A stretch of 60,796 bases of DNA, the filler included. It is 5 parts of 5 records of this genome, joined end to end, with 100 filler letters (N's around TTAATTAATTAA, not from the genome) between each part and the next. Parts side by side here need not be neighbours in the genome. Positions count along the whole stretch, not along the records: positions 11,645 to 33,434 come from SRR31156797_4895; positions 33,535 to 45,515 come from SRR31156797_4898; 3 more parts are not named here. One strand, 5' to 3'. The notes under the pieces are model-generated. The model made no database searches. It saw only the letters and a program-made list of their open reading frames with translations, and had not been told where the DNA came from. Of this stretch, positions 27,831-37,680 are shown piece by piece; position 1 is the stretch's first letter, and the number at the start of each line of letters is the position of its first letter. Made by a program: the position numbers and the translations under genes.

Positions 27831-28353
27831 AATTTATTTTCTGTAGAAGGTATTCATCAAGCCAGCCATCAGAAGTATTGATCCAATCTTTTTTTGAACC
27901 AATAATCTCAAATCCATTGTTCTGAAATAATCTTAAGCTATTTTCATTTTTAGAAGTTATATTGCAATACAATTGATGTAATTGAAGAACTTTAAACGCA
28001 TACTCGCAAAGAGTTTGTAAAGCTTCCGATGCGTATCCTTTTTGTTGGTTTTTTTTGTTGTGAATTAAAATGCCAACTCCTGCTCGACGATGGTATGGAT
28101 CAAAATCAAAAATATCAATTAAGCCAACAGGATTTTCATTATCAGCTCTTTCAATTACAAGTCGTAATTGTTTGGTTTCAAAAATATCAAGATGCGAACT
28201 TTCCAGATATTGTTTTAATACAAACAGAGAAAAGGGTTTCAATGTATGGCTAACCTCCCAAATAGAGGAATCGTTTTCCCATTTGTACAATAGTTTTAAA
28301 TCGGTTGGTTCCAGTGCCCGAAGACGAATATTTTTGTTGTTGAGAACTTGCAT
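27817..28353 (-). CDS. GNAT N-acetyltransferase (RimL/SpeG-like)
   Basis: LRALEPTD, QQKGYASEAL, LHQLYC, NENSLRLF. Confidence 0.88.
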   Translation of the reverse strand: MQVLNNKNIRLRALEPTDLKLLYKWENDSSIWEVSHTLKPFSLFVLKQYLESSHLDIFETKQLRLVIERADNENPVGLIDIFDFDPYHRRAGVGILIHNKKNQQKGYASEALQTLCEYAFKVLQLHQLYCNITSKNENSLRLFQNNGFEIIGSKKDWINTSDGWLDEYLLQKINFRDL

Positions 28354-28355
28354 TA

Positions 28356-31300
28356 TTAGTGTTTCTTATACCATTTAAGTTCACGGGTAAAGGCATCTAA
28401 ATAACCTTTTTTAGTTATCGATGACAATCGACTTTTAGCCTGAGAAAGAGAAGAGAATTTTTGGAAGGTATACCTCGATAAACCATCATTTCCTTTATAG
28501 ACTGACATGTTACTTTGATCTAAATTTTTAAAATAATTTAATGGGCGGGCATTTTGCAATGCCATTACCTGTATGGTATAATAATTCGAATTATTACCCA
28601 CTTTATTTTCCGGTAAGCTTTCACCGTGTAACGATTTTCTCACGAAAGCATCCCAATACCCATTTTTAAGAGCAGTTCCCAAATCTCTTATAGCCTCACT
28701 CTTGGAAGAATATGATCCAAAGGTATATCTGTACAGACCGTTTTGGTCAACGAACATATTTACATTACCCAAATCTTTAAAATAGGACAAAGGGCGAGGA
28801 TGTCTTAGGGCCATTAACTGAATGGTATAGTTTGAGTTTTCGCGATATTTCATACCCGAATACAGTAATTGATCATTGATCACCGTACGAACAAAAGCGT
28901 CCCAATATCCCATTCGAATCAAACGATTCATTTCTTGAATAGCTTTGTGATATGACTTGAATTTACGATAGGTATATCGTGTAAATCCATCACTACCTTT
29001 AAAAACTTTTACATTGTCAAGATTATCGAAAAATTCAGCTTCAATTGGCAGGTTTAATGCCATAATCTGAATGGTATAATAGGTTTCACCACCAGATTTT
29101 TCTTTCACCAAATTGTTTTCAGATAAAATTCTGATTTTTGTAGTTTTAAACCCTTTTTTAACAATTGTTTTTTGCGCTTTTGAGGCTTCTTTATAATTTT
29201 TAAATTTTCCGTAGGTATAATGATAACGCTTATTAGGACCAAGCGTTTCGATAACTCCAGCAAGTTCTTCAAACAATTCTGGTTGAGGCGAATTAAAGTT
29301 TCCTAAGTCCAAAGTAAAGGCAAGATCACCTGCTGCAATTGCTTCCACATTTGCTTTTTGATTGTCAATAGCGGAACCTTTACTCAGTTTTTTATCAGTA
29401 ATTATTTTCTTCTTATTGATTGTCTTTTTCTTTTCTTCCTCTTTTTTATTGGTATTTGTTTTTTTCTTGTTTGCTCCAATTACAGGAAGTCCAGGAGTAA
29501 CTTTTGGGACTATTGGAGTAATAGTTTTTGTATCACTTCCACTAGTTGTCGATTTCTGATTAGGTGTATTAGTTTCCTTTTTATCCTCAACTTTTGTAAT
29601 AGGTTTATTAACCGAAGTTAAACTGTCTTTTTGAACCATATTGTTGATGATCTCATCCACAGCTTTTGTGCTAGGTTCAGTCAAAATACTGTCTTTTGTT
29701 AATGGTTCAGTAAATGTTTTATCCTCAGGAATTGAATCCACCTTGGAAGCAATAGAACCAACTTCATTCAACTTACTCTCTTCAAAATCGATCAACTCAA
29801 TAGTTTGAGGATAATCTGGTTCATCCTTAGTTCTCAATGTAAGTGGCAATAAGGTAATTACACTGTGGTTTTCCTTATTGGCAAACTCAGGTGGAATATT
29901 TAAAACTGTACGAAGCGTACGATATCCTTCGGCTACAATTTCAATATCATATTTTTTCCCAGCGTCGATAATAAACAGGAATTTTCCTGTTGCTGAATTC
30001 GGAGTATAAATTCCAATGGTCTGTTTGTTTTGACTTACCGTAATCTTTGAATTTCCAACAGGAGTACCATTTGAGGTTACAATTTTCCCTTTTAAAACAA
30101 ATAATCCAACCTTATCGGCATCTGGGGTTTTTATTAGGAAAATATCTGTTCGTCCCAAACTACCTTTTCTATAGGAAGCGAAATAGGCTCTTTTTCCATC
30201 AGGTGTTGGAGTGTAATAAATATCGTCATCGGTCGAATTAATTGGATAACCAATATTTATAGGAGTTGTCCATCTTCCCTTAATTTTCACACTTTTAAAG
30301 ATATCTAAACCTCCCATAGTTTTATGACCGGCTGAACTAAAGTAAAGTGTCTTCCCATCAGGATGAATAAAAGGAGCATCATCGTTGTATTCAGTATTGA
30401 TTACGGGACCAAGATTTTTGGCTTTTCCCCATTTTCCGTTAGGAAGTTTGGTAACGGTATAGACATCCATTCCACCATATCCGCCAGGACGGTCGCTCGA
30501 AAAATAAATGGTTCTACTATCAGCCGAAACAGAAATATGACTCTCTTTACTTTTAGAGTTGATGTTTGGTCCAAGTTTTTTAGGATCAGACCATGTGCTT
30601 CCATTCAATTTACTAACATAAATGTCTCCACCTTCAGATTCTTTTCGATTTAAATATCCCGCTTTGTATATGTACAGTTCTTGTCCGTCAGCGGATATTG
30701 AGATAGAGGCATCGTGATCGATGGTATTTAAATTGGCAATACCTGTTGGCATAGACCAGGATCCATTTACCAAATGTGAAATGTAAATATCTTCGAAATA
30801 TTGTCCATCTATGTCAATTTTACTACCAGTACCGTTTCTTCTTGAAGTAAAAACCATTGTACTTTCATCAGCAGTAACTCCAGGACTGTGTTCAGCAAAT
30901 TCGGTATTAATTTTACTTCCCAAATTCACAATAGAGATATTAATTGGATTTTTAACCAGCTCCAACCCATTTTTACACATTTTTACCTCACGTTGAATCT
31001 CATTTCTGAAACTTGTATTTTGAGGAGAAATGATTTGAAGTAAATCTTTGTACACTCTTAATGCTTCTCGAAATTGATAATTGGTATGGTAAGCTTTAGC
31101 CAGATTGTAGTACACATCCATAGAAACATTATTCTTCGAGTTTGTGTATTGAATTGATTTTTCAAGTAAGGCAACGGCTTTTCCTTTTTCGGAGACAATG
31201 TTTAGGTAGCAAACACCCAATTTAAAATTAAGATCAGCATTTCTTGAGGATTGCTCTAAAAGCTCTTTGTATATACCAGCAGCTTTGGAATAATTTCCAT

Positions 31301-31418
31301 TTTCCAGAAACCTTTCTGCTAATTGATACCTTCTCTTATCTGCAATTTTTTGTTTTTTTGGACTGGCATTAAGAGAGTATGGAGTACACAACCCTATTAA
31401 AATAGAGAGTAGGACCAT
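28356..31418 (-). CDS. Exported TPR-PD40-CRD protein with low-complexity linker and four SPOR-like repeats
   Basis: TPRs; PD40 repeats; K/T/P-rich linker; 4 x YTIQxMAL...RYT..F....A......GYxDAF; start placed at ATG 31418. Confidence 0.8.
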   Translation of the reverse strand: MVLLSILIGLCTPYSLNASPKKQKIADKRRYQLAERFLENGNYSKAAGIYKELLEQSSRNADLNFKLGVCYLNIVSEKGKAVALLEKSIQYTNSKNNVSMDVYYNLAKAYHTNYQFREALRVYKDLLQIISPQNTSFRNEIQREVKMCKNGLELVKNPINISIVNLGSKINTEFAEHSPGVTADESTMVFTSRRNGTGSKIDIDGQYFEDIYISHLVNGSWSMPTGIANLNTIDHDASISISADGQELYIYKAGYLNRKESEGGDIYVSKLNGSTWSDPKKLGPNINSKSKESHISVSADSRTIYFSSDRPGGYGGMDVYTVTKLPNGKWGKAKNLGPVINTEYNDDAPFIHPDGKTLYFSSAGHKTMGGLDIFKSVKIKGRWTTPINIGYPINSTDDDIYYTPTPDGKRAYFASYRKGSLGRTDIFLIKTPDADKVGLFVLKGKIVTSNGTPVGNSKITVSQNKQTIGIYTPNSATGKFLFIIDAGKKYDIEIVAEGYRTLRTVLNIPPEFANKENHSVITLLPLTLRTKDEPDYPQTIELIDFEESKLNEVGSIASKVDSIPEDKTFTEPLTKDSILTEPSTKAVDEIINNMVQKDSLTSVNKPITKVEDKKETNTPNQKSTTSGSDTKTITPIVPKVTPGLPVIGANKKKTNTNKKEEEKKKTINKKKIITDKKLSKGSAIDNQKANVEAIAAGDLAFTLDLGNFNSPQPELFEELAGVIETLGPNKRYHYTYGKFKNYKEASKAQKTIVKKGFKTTKIRILSENNLVKEKSGGETYYTIQIMALNLPIEAEFFDNLDNVKVFKGSDGFTRYTYRKFKSYHKAIQEMNRLIRMGYWDAFVRTVINDQLLYSGMKYRENSNYTIQLMALRHPRPLSYFKDLGNVNMFVDQNGLYRYTFGSYSSKSEAIRDLGTALKNGYWDAFVRKSLHGESLPENKVGNNSNYYTIQVMALQNARPLNYFKNLDQSNMSVYKGNDGLSRYTFQKFSSLSQAKSRLSSITKKGYLDAFTRELKWYKKH

Positions 31419-31689
31419 AAATAAGAATTTCGAAACTGACGAATTCTTATTCAAACAAAGGTCTGTAGGGCAGATTATATGATTTAAATTAATTAACAAT
31501 AACTAAATATAACAGATACGAGTTAATATTCAATAGAGATTTAGTAAAAAATACCAATTTGTTAATAAAAAAGTACCTTTTACCAGCTATTTCTAAAATC
31601 TTATAAAAGTAAGGAACATAAAACTACTTTTGACTGTAATTCGGATAAAAAAAATATAATTTTTGAGTAATTGTTTAATTCAGGGTAAT

Positions 31690-31724
31690 AAAAAACCGCT
31701 GAACTAGGTTCAACGGCTCTTTTT
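31690..31724 (-). terminator. Intrinsic terminator after E2
   Basis: Minus strand CCGTTGAAC-cta-GTTCAGCGG then T-run. Confidence 0.75.
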
Positions 31725-31741
31725 ATGCTGTTTTTATAAGA

Positions 31742-33046
31742 TTATACAGTTCTATTAACATCGAAATTTTCCAGATATTCAGCAATTCTTTTCAAGAACA
31801 TTCCTCCTAAAGCTCCATCTACCACACGATGGTCGTAAGAAAGAGAAAGAACCATAATATTTCTGATTCCAATTGTGTCTCCTTGTGGAGTTTCAATTAC
31901 TGCAGGTTTCTTTTTGATAGCTCCAACTGCTAAAATTGCAACTTCCGGTTGATTGATAATAGGAGTACCTGTTGTACTACCAAAAGCACCTAAATTGGTA
32001 ATGGTAAATGTACTTCCTTTAATTTCATCAGGTTGTAGCTTGTTGGCACGAGCTCTGTCTGCCAAATCATTTACTGTTTTGGTAATGCCTGTCAGATTTT
32101 TCTCATCTGCTGATTTAATTACCGGAACAATCAGATTTCCACTTGGTAAAGCAGTAGCCATTCCTATATTGATAAATTTTTTACGTATGATTTTATCGCC
32201 ATCAACAGAAACATTCACCATTGGATAGTCTTTTAATGCTTTGGTAACGGCTTCAACAAAAATTGGGGTGAAGGTTAATTTCTGACCTTCTTTCTGTAAA
32301 AATTCATTCTTAACCTTATTTCTCCATTGCACTAAACCCGTAACATCAACATCAATAAATGAAGTTACATGTGGTGAAACTTGTTTTGAATTGACCATGT
32401 ATTGCGCAATGAGTTTACGCATGCGATCCATTTCAATAACTTCAACATTTTCACCATTATATGATTCATGAACAGGAGCAGTAATAGAAGAACTTACCGG
32501 AGCTACAATTGGTTCTTTTATAACAGGTGTAGATTTTTTATCTTCGATAAATTGTAGAATATCTTTTTTGGTAATTCTTTTGTGTTCACCTGAACCTTCC
32601 AATGAATTTAGTTCTTGTAAGCTAATGTTCTCTTCTTGAGCAATTTTTCGTACCAAAGGAGAAATGAACGATCCGTTTTCGGTTTTGCTTGTTAGTTTTG
32701 ATTCTGATTCTGAAGTCGAAATTTCCTTAGGAATCTCGAATATCTTTTCTTCTTCAACCGGCTTGCTTATCGAAACAGTAGTTTCATCCTTACTTAATTC
32801 TTCTCCCTCAGGAACAATTATCGCAACTACTTCTCCAACTTTGGCAATATCTCCTTCTGCAACAAGGAATTTTGCAATTTTACCACTTTGTGGAGCTGGA
32901 ATTTCAGAGTCAACTTTATCGGTTGCAATTTCCATTAAGGATTCTTCTTCTTCTACGAAATCACCCTCTTTTTTCAGGAATTGAGTAACGGTTGCTTCAG
33001 TGATTCCTTCCCCCATAGCAGGAATCAGAATTTCTATTTTAGCCAT
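31742..33046 (-). CDS. 2-oxoacid dehydrogenase E2 (dihydrolipoamide acyltransferase)
   Basis: Lipoyl ATDKVDSE; E3-binding SPLVRKIA; catalytic DHRVVDG. Confidence 0.93.
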   Translation of the reverse strand: MAKIEILIPAMGEGITEATVTQFLKKEGDFVEEEESLMEIATDKVDSEIPAPQSGKIAKFLVAEGDIAKVGEVVAIIVPEGEELSKDETTVSISKPVEEEKIFEIPKEISTSESESKLTSKTENGSFISPLVRKIAQEENISLQELNSLEGSGEHKRITKKDILQFIEDKKSTPVIKEPIVAPVSSSITAPVHESYNGENVEVIEMDRMRKLIAQYMVNSKQVSPHVTSFIDVDVTGLVQWRNKVKNEFLQKEGQKLTFTPIFVEAVTKALKDYPMVNVSVDGDKIIRKKFINIGMATALPSGNLIVPVIKSADEKNLTGITKTVNDLADRARANKLQPDEIKGSTFTITNLGAFGSTTGTPIINQPEVAILAVGAIKKKPAVIETPQGDTIGIRNIMVLSLSYDHRVVDGALGGMFLKRIAEYLENFDVNRTV

Positions 33047-33352
33047 GTGTGATTGTTTTTTTGATACCTATGAAGATAGGCAAAGCCGATGGATATTTAA
33101 AATTGTGAATCACAGAATCTAAATACAAATCGGAGTTAGTGTTGTTTATGATTGTGTTTATTTAGTCTAAATACTATGCGAATTTAATAAAAATGCAGAA
33201 AAAGACAAACGTATCCGAAGATACAATTTATCGATAAGCAGATAGAAAAAGCAAATGATTCAAATTCTAAACTTCAGGCTTTAAGTTTGAATTGAAATAA
33301 GAAAGGATTTATTGAGCTTGCTTAATTTACAGATTAGCTATTGGCTCAAATT

Positions 33353-33434
33353 CTATTTTAAATTTTGATCAAATGGTGTACGATGAAGAATCGATCTACC
33401 CAATGTAATTTCATCGGTATATTCCAGTTCGTCG
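33353..33434 (-). CDS. recR: RecR C-terminal fragment
   Basis: Hand translation DELEYTDEITLGRSILHRTPFDQNLK*. Confidence 0.85.
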
Positions 33435-33534
33435 NNNNNNNNNNNNNNNNNNNNNNNNNNNNNNNNNNNNNNNNNNNNTTAATTAATTAANNNNNNNNNN
33501 NNNNNNNNNNNNNNNNNNNNNNNNNNNNNNNNNN
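33435..33534. other. Artificial contig linker
   Basis: N44-TTAATTAATTAA-N44. Confidence 0.98.
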
Positions 33535-33566
33535 TGATTGGAAGAATATTCTTCCAATCATTTTTG
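33535..33566 (+). terminator. Terminator of an upstream gene not in the contig
   Basis: TGATTGGAAGA-atat-TCTTCCAATCA plus T-run. Confidence 0.7.
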
Positions 33567-33635
33567 TTTAGAAGCAAAGGTTTTTATTTCTTTAAAGCCT
33601 GAAAAACAACAAGATTAAACATTTAAAGCAAAAAT

Positions 33636-34244
33636 ATGTCGCTATTTAAAAAATCGGTAGCACTAATTGTGGTACTTCTGGTTTTGGATCAGGTGCTAAA
33701 AATTTGGATTAAAACCAATATGATGTTGGGAGAAGAATTCTCGGTTTTTGGAGATTGGTTCCTTATCCATTTTATTGAAAATAACGGAATGGCTTTTGGA
33801 ATGGAGCTTGAAGGCGAGTGGGGTAAAATATTACTTAGTCTTTTTCGTATTGTAGCCGTTTGTGGAATTGGATGGTATCTGTATGATATTTGTACTAAAA
33901 AAGCTCCTATTGGCTTAATAATGGCTATTTCATTAATATTTGCTGGTGCTATGGGTAATATCATCGATAGTGCTTTCTACGGGATGATTTTTAATGATAG
34001 TTACTATCAGGTTGCTACTTTTATGCCCGAAGCTGGCGGTTATTCAAGCTTTCTACATGGTAAGGTAGTTGACATGCTTTATTTTCCTTTACTTGAAGGA
34101 AGATTTCCTGATTGGCTTCCAATGTGGGGTGGAGAACATTTTGTTTTCTTCAGACCTGTTTTTAATGTTGCTGATTCATACATTACCATTGGAGTTGCAT
34201 TTATATTGCTATTCCAACGTACCTATTTCATGAGAGAAAAATAG
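33636..34244 (+). CDS. lspA: Lipoprotein signal peptidase II
   Basis: DQVLK, ENNGMAFG, GAMGNIID, VVDM, FNVADS. Confidence 0.95.
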   Translation: MSLFKKSVALIVVLLVLDQVLKIWIKTNMMLGEEFSVFGDWFLIHFIENNGMAFGMELEGEWGKILLSLFRIVAVCGIGWYLYDICTKKAPIGLIMAISLIFAGAMGNIIDSAFYGMIFNDSYYQVATFMPEAGGYSSFLHGKVVDMLYFPLLEGRFPDWLPMWGGEHFVFFRPVFNVADSYITIGVAFILLFQRTYFMREK

Positions 34245-34264
34245 AGAAATTTACTTAATATAGT

Positions 34265-34289
34265 AAAAGCCCTTAAAAGGGCTTTTTTT
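34265..34289 (+). terminator. Intrinsic terminator after lspA
   Basis: AAAAGCCCT-taaa-AGGGCTTTT plus T-run. Confidence 0.8.
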
Positions 34290-34695
34290 GTGCCTTTATG
34301 TAAGGTATTTTGATATAACTCTAGTCAATTTGCGAAATGTAATATTAGATATATTTATCGTTATAATATTTAAATAAATAATAACATATAAATTAATTTT
34401 AATATTTGCAGGAAATTGTAGTTTGTATTATATTTATTATTAAATTCAAATTAACGACTACAAGCGATTGTTTATGAGGGGATAATATTCATATTATTTT
34501 GTCTTAAAAGCAGCTACGACTAACGACTACTAATATTAAATTTATGAAAGAACCATCTACTAATTTTCAAGAGAAATGTACGATTTGTTATAGTCCTAAT
34601 TAAATACTTATACGAATACAATAAATGAAGATAAATCTGTTTAAACAGACTGATTTTTGTTCTAGGAGTGTAAATAATTTAATGAGGATAATAAC

Positions 34696-35439
34696 ATGAA
34701 AAAGAAGATTCGTATTTTAATTGTCGAAGACGAATATGTTATAGACGAAGAGATTCTGTGTCGATTAAATGAGATGGATATTGAAATCACTAAAACTGTT
34801 TTTCATTCAAGAATTGCCATTCAGTATTTGACGGAATCAGAAATTGATATTGTATTGATTGATGCAAATATAAAGGATGATCTTGATGGATATCAATTAG
34901 CAAGAATTGTTAAAAAAGAATTTCACAAGCCTTTTATTTATCTAATACCATCAGGGATACAAGACAATATTGAAAAGCTAAATGAATCAAATCCTAGTGG
35001 AATAATCTTACAAAATTCATCTCTAAAACAAATTTATTTTTCAATTGCCCTCGCAATTTGTAATGATCAAGAGTCAAGTGGAAATATGATTTCTAATGCT
35101 GATGAAAATACCTCCTTAAACCTATTGAGTAATTGTTTATTTCTTAAAAAGAACAATCATTTTGATAGGGTTAGTTTCGATGAGATATTTTGGTTGCGTG
35201 CCGAAAATAATTATACTGTTATTCATACACTTAAGGGGGATTATTTATACTCTATGGTATTGAAGAAATTTGTTGAGAAATTACCACAAAAGCAGTTCTT
35301 AAGAGTACATAGGTCTTATATTATAAATCTTCACAAAATTGAAGGATTTGAAGGGAAAATGGTAATTATCGATAATCAGCATATTCCAGTTGCAAAAAAT
35401 TGTTATAAAGATGTTTTCGATCTATTACCAACTGTTTAA
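34696..35439 (+). CDS. LytTR-family response regulator with atypical receiver
   Basis: ILIVEDE/LID receiver; AENNY, FLRVHRSYIIN LytTR motifs. Confidence 0.88.
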   Translation: MKKKIRILIVEDEYVIDEEILCRLNEMDIEITKTVFHSRIAIQYLTESEIDIVLIDANIKDDLDGYQLARIVKKEFHKPFIYLIPSGIQDNIEKLNESNPSGIILQNSSLKQIYFSIALAICNDQESSGNMISNADENTSLNLLSNCLFLKKNNHFDRVSFDEIFWLRAENNYTVIHTLKGDYLYSMVLKKFVEKLPQKQFLRVHRSYIINLHKIEGFEGKMVIIDNQHIPVAKNCYKDVFDLLPTV

Positions 35440-35481
35440 GGTGAGAATACTGTCCAGTAAATTCTTAAAATGATTTCAAAT

Positions 35482-35506
35482 AAAAAAGAGCCAATTGGCT
35501 CTTTTT
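35482..35506. terminator. Bidirectional terminator
   Basis: AAAAAGAGCCA-AT-TGGCTCTTTTT between convergent genes. Confidence 0.75.
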
Positions 35507-35510
35507 GGTA

Positions 35511-35786
35511 TTAACATCTTTTTATTTCACAAATTCGAGCTGCACCATCCAATGGTTTGTAAATTTCAATTAATGCAGCTTCATTAATTGCGTTAGGATA
35601 AACATCTTTTGCATTACAGAAGAAACGATAATTTACCCCTGAAACAACTTGAGTTGCTACTGCAACCGGAGTGTAATGAACTCCTAATATTTCTTTTGTT
35701 GCATTAATGAATACGTTTAATTCTTCATTCGAAATTTTTGAATTGTAAGGAGTGTATGCTCCTACCATTTCTTGTGTTTTTTCCAT
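35511..35786 (-). CDS. Small cystatin-like protein (91 aa)
   Basis: N-terminal MVGAY and TQVVSGVNY (QxVxG); ATG 35786. Confidence 0.6.
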   Translation of the reverse strand: MEKTQEMVGAYTPYNSKISNEELNVFINATKEILGVHYTPVAVATQVVSGVNYRFFCNAKDVYPNAINEAALIEIYKPLDGAARICEIKRC

Positions 35787-35956
35787 TTTAATTTTTTTAT
35801 AGTTAAAATTTAATTTTAACACAGATATGTAATTAACTTAACTGTATTATAAAAGTTAAGATCTAACTATAAAATGGGAATTAAAAAATAGATTAATGAG
35901 CGGTATTAATTTATGAGTGAATAGCAGCTTTGTTTGAGTAAAGCAATATAAAGAAA

Positions 35957-36343
35957 CTATGAATTAACCTGATTCGCTTTTCTTTTGCGTTGAGCTTTAA
36001 AATAGTTTATCTGACTTCGTAAACTCCAAACACCACCCAATATAACAATTAGGAATATCCATTGTTTTCTGCCCCATCCTGCATCTCCAAAGATTCCTTT
36101 TGTTAGCATGATTAGAGCCGTAACGATAAGTAATGTGGTTACCAAAGCTGCTACATGTCCTATTGCAGCATTTTCTTTTTTAATTCCAGGAGTGCATAGA
36201 AATAGAATAACTCCAAAAAACAGAGGGATTAAAGCTGTAAATTGCCAATCGCCCATTTGATAATATCTAGCCAAAAAGCCAAATGCTCCTGCCAGAATTA
36301 AGATTAAAGAATAAACTTTATTGATTTGATATGCTTCTTTCAT
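35957..36343 (-). CDS. Four-TM hypothetical membrane protein
   Basis: Four hydrophobic segments; TALIP motif; basic tail. Confidence 0.7.
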   Translation of the reverse strand: MKEAYQINKVYSLILILAGAFGFLARYYQMGDWQFTALIPLFFGVILFLCTPGIKKENAAIGHVAALVTTLLIVTALIMLTKGIFGDAGWGRKQWIFLIVILGGVWSLRSQINYFKAQRKRKANQVNS

Positions 36344-36430
36344 ATTTGTTATTTTTATTTAGAAAAAATCTAAATACTAAATTACAAAAACTCTTTAAGA
36401 AACAAAATAGACTTGCAAATTACTGAAAAT

Positions 36431-36462
36431 AAGAAAGGCTATCCCTCCGGACAGCCTTTCTT
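36431..36462 (-). terminator. Terminator after coiled-coil lipoprotein gene
   Basis: AAGAAAGGCT..AGCCTTTCTT inverted repeat. Confidence 0.7.
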
Positions 36463-36492
36463 GGACAACCTTAAAACTCAACCATGAATTGA

Positions 36493-37356
36493 TTATCGTA
36501 CCGTTACTACTAAATACTTTGAAGATTTCCAGAATTCTACTGGATCTAGAATAGTAATACCTTCAATCTTTTCAACTCCCTCAACCTTATAAGAGCTACT
36601 AGGATGACTTGTTACTAAACTAATCTTCTTCCCGCTAACAGGAATAGTTGTAGTTTTGGTGATATCAATTTTCTTAAATTCATTTGTATTAAAATCCTTG
36701 TTAAGAACTGCAGTTTTACCAATTCCAATAAATCCACCATCTTTGGTAATTACTTTCTTTTCTTGCAATTCTTTACTTGTACCAAAAACATAAAAGCCAG
36801 TATTTAACTCTGATGTTTTTTCTTCAATTTCTTTGGTTTTAGCATCATTTTCAGTGTTTAAAGCTAAAACTGTTCCGTTCAATTCAGTTACCTGCCCATT
36901 TAAGTTTTCAACTTCAATGTTTAATTTGGCAACCTTACCGTTTAAAGCTATGATTTCAGTTTCTTTGTTTTCTAATTCAGTTTTTAAACGATCAGTTAGT
37001 TTACGCAACTTTGAATTTTGGTACCAACTATTATTTAGTTTTTTATCTAAATCTGCTATTTTCTCTCTGTTCTGCTCCAATAAGTTATTAATTGAAGTCA
37101 AATCACTTGCGATTTTTTGTTTCTGAGATTTATTTGGGTTTTCAGAGTTAACCGCAATAATTGTTTCTTTCTCTTTGATGATCTCCAGGTTTTCTTCAAT
37201 TGTGTTTAAAGACTCAATAAAATCGTTGATTGTAGAATCTTTTTGCTTAGCCATTGAAGTAAGCTGCTGATTTTGCTCTTTTAATTGCTTTAACTCTTTT
37301 TGGTTACAAGCCACAAAAAATGGAAGAATCAACAATACTAGAAAAATGCGTTTCAT
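36493..37356 (-). CDS. Coiled-coil lipoprotein (Cbp1-like family)
   Basis: FVAC lipobox; long heptad coiled coil; C-terminal GTSKEL..GGFIGIG..HPSSSY..FWKSSKYLVV. Confidence 0.75.
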   Translation of the reverse strand: MKRIFLVLLILPFFVACNQKELKQLKEQNQQLTSMAKQKDSTINDFIESLNTIEENLEIIKEKETIIAVNSENPNKSQKQKIASDLTSINNLLEQNREKIADLDKKLNNSWYQNSKLRKLTDRLKTELENKETEIIALNGKVAKLNIEVENLNGQVTELNGTVLALNTENDAKTKEIEEKTSELNTGFYVFGTSKELQEKKVITKDGGFIGIGKTAVLNKDFNTNEFKKIDITKTTTIPVSGKKISLVTSHPSSSYKVEGVEKIEGITILDPVEFWKSSKYLVVTVR

Positions 37357-37406
37357 ATAAATTATTTTAGAGATTGGGGTTTCAATATTCTTTCTTAATT
37401 TATGAA

Positions 37407-37422
37407 GTGAATATCGTGCCGA
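37407..37422 (-). promoter_or_regulatory. Putative sigma54 promoter for the lipoprotein gene
   Basis: TCGGCACG-ATAT-TCAC: good -24, imperfect -12. Confidence 0.5.
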
Positions 37423-37538
37423 AATTCAATCTTGTTAAATAAAATTAAATATTTAAAGTGTAAATTACATATATTCAGCATGTAAGCGTGGAGGTGTTTT
37501 TTTGATTGATTTTAACTTATAATGTTATACTGACAACT

Positions 37539-37580
37539 TGTGGGGAAATTTTCTACACATTTCGGGTAAATATTCCCCAA
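37539..37580. promoter_or_regulatory. Two tandem near-palindromic enhancer-like sites
   Basis: TGTGGGGAAATTTTCTACACA and TTCGGGTAAATATTCCCCAA, ~120 bp upstream of the sigma54-like box. Confidence 0.5.
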
Positions 37581-37680
37581 TTGAAACAGGTTGTATCATT
37601 TTTTGTGGGAAATATCACTTCAAAAAAACTTTATAACTTTACAAGAAGCTTATGAAATAATTAAATTAATTGATGCTCAG

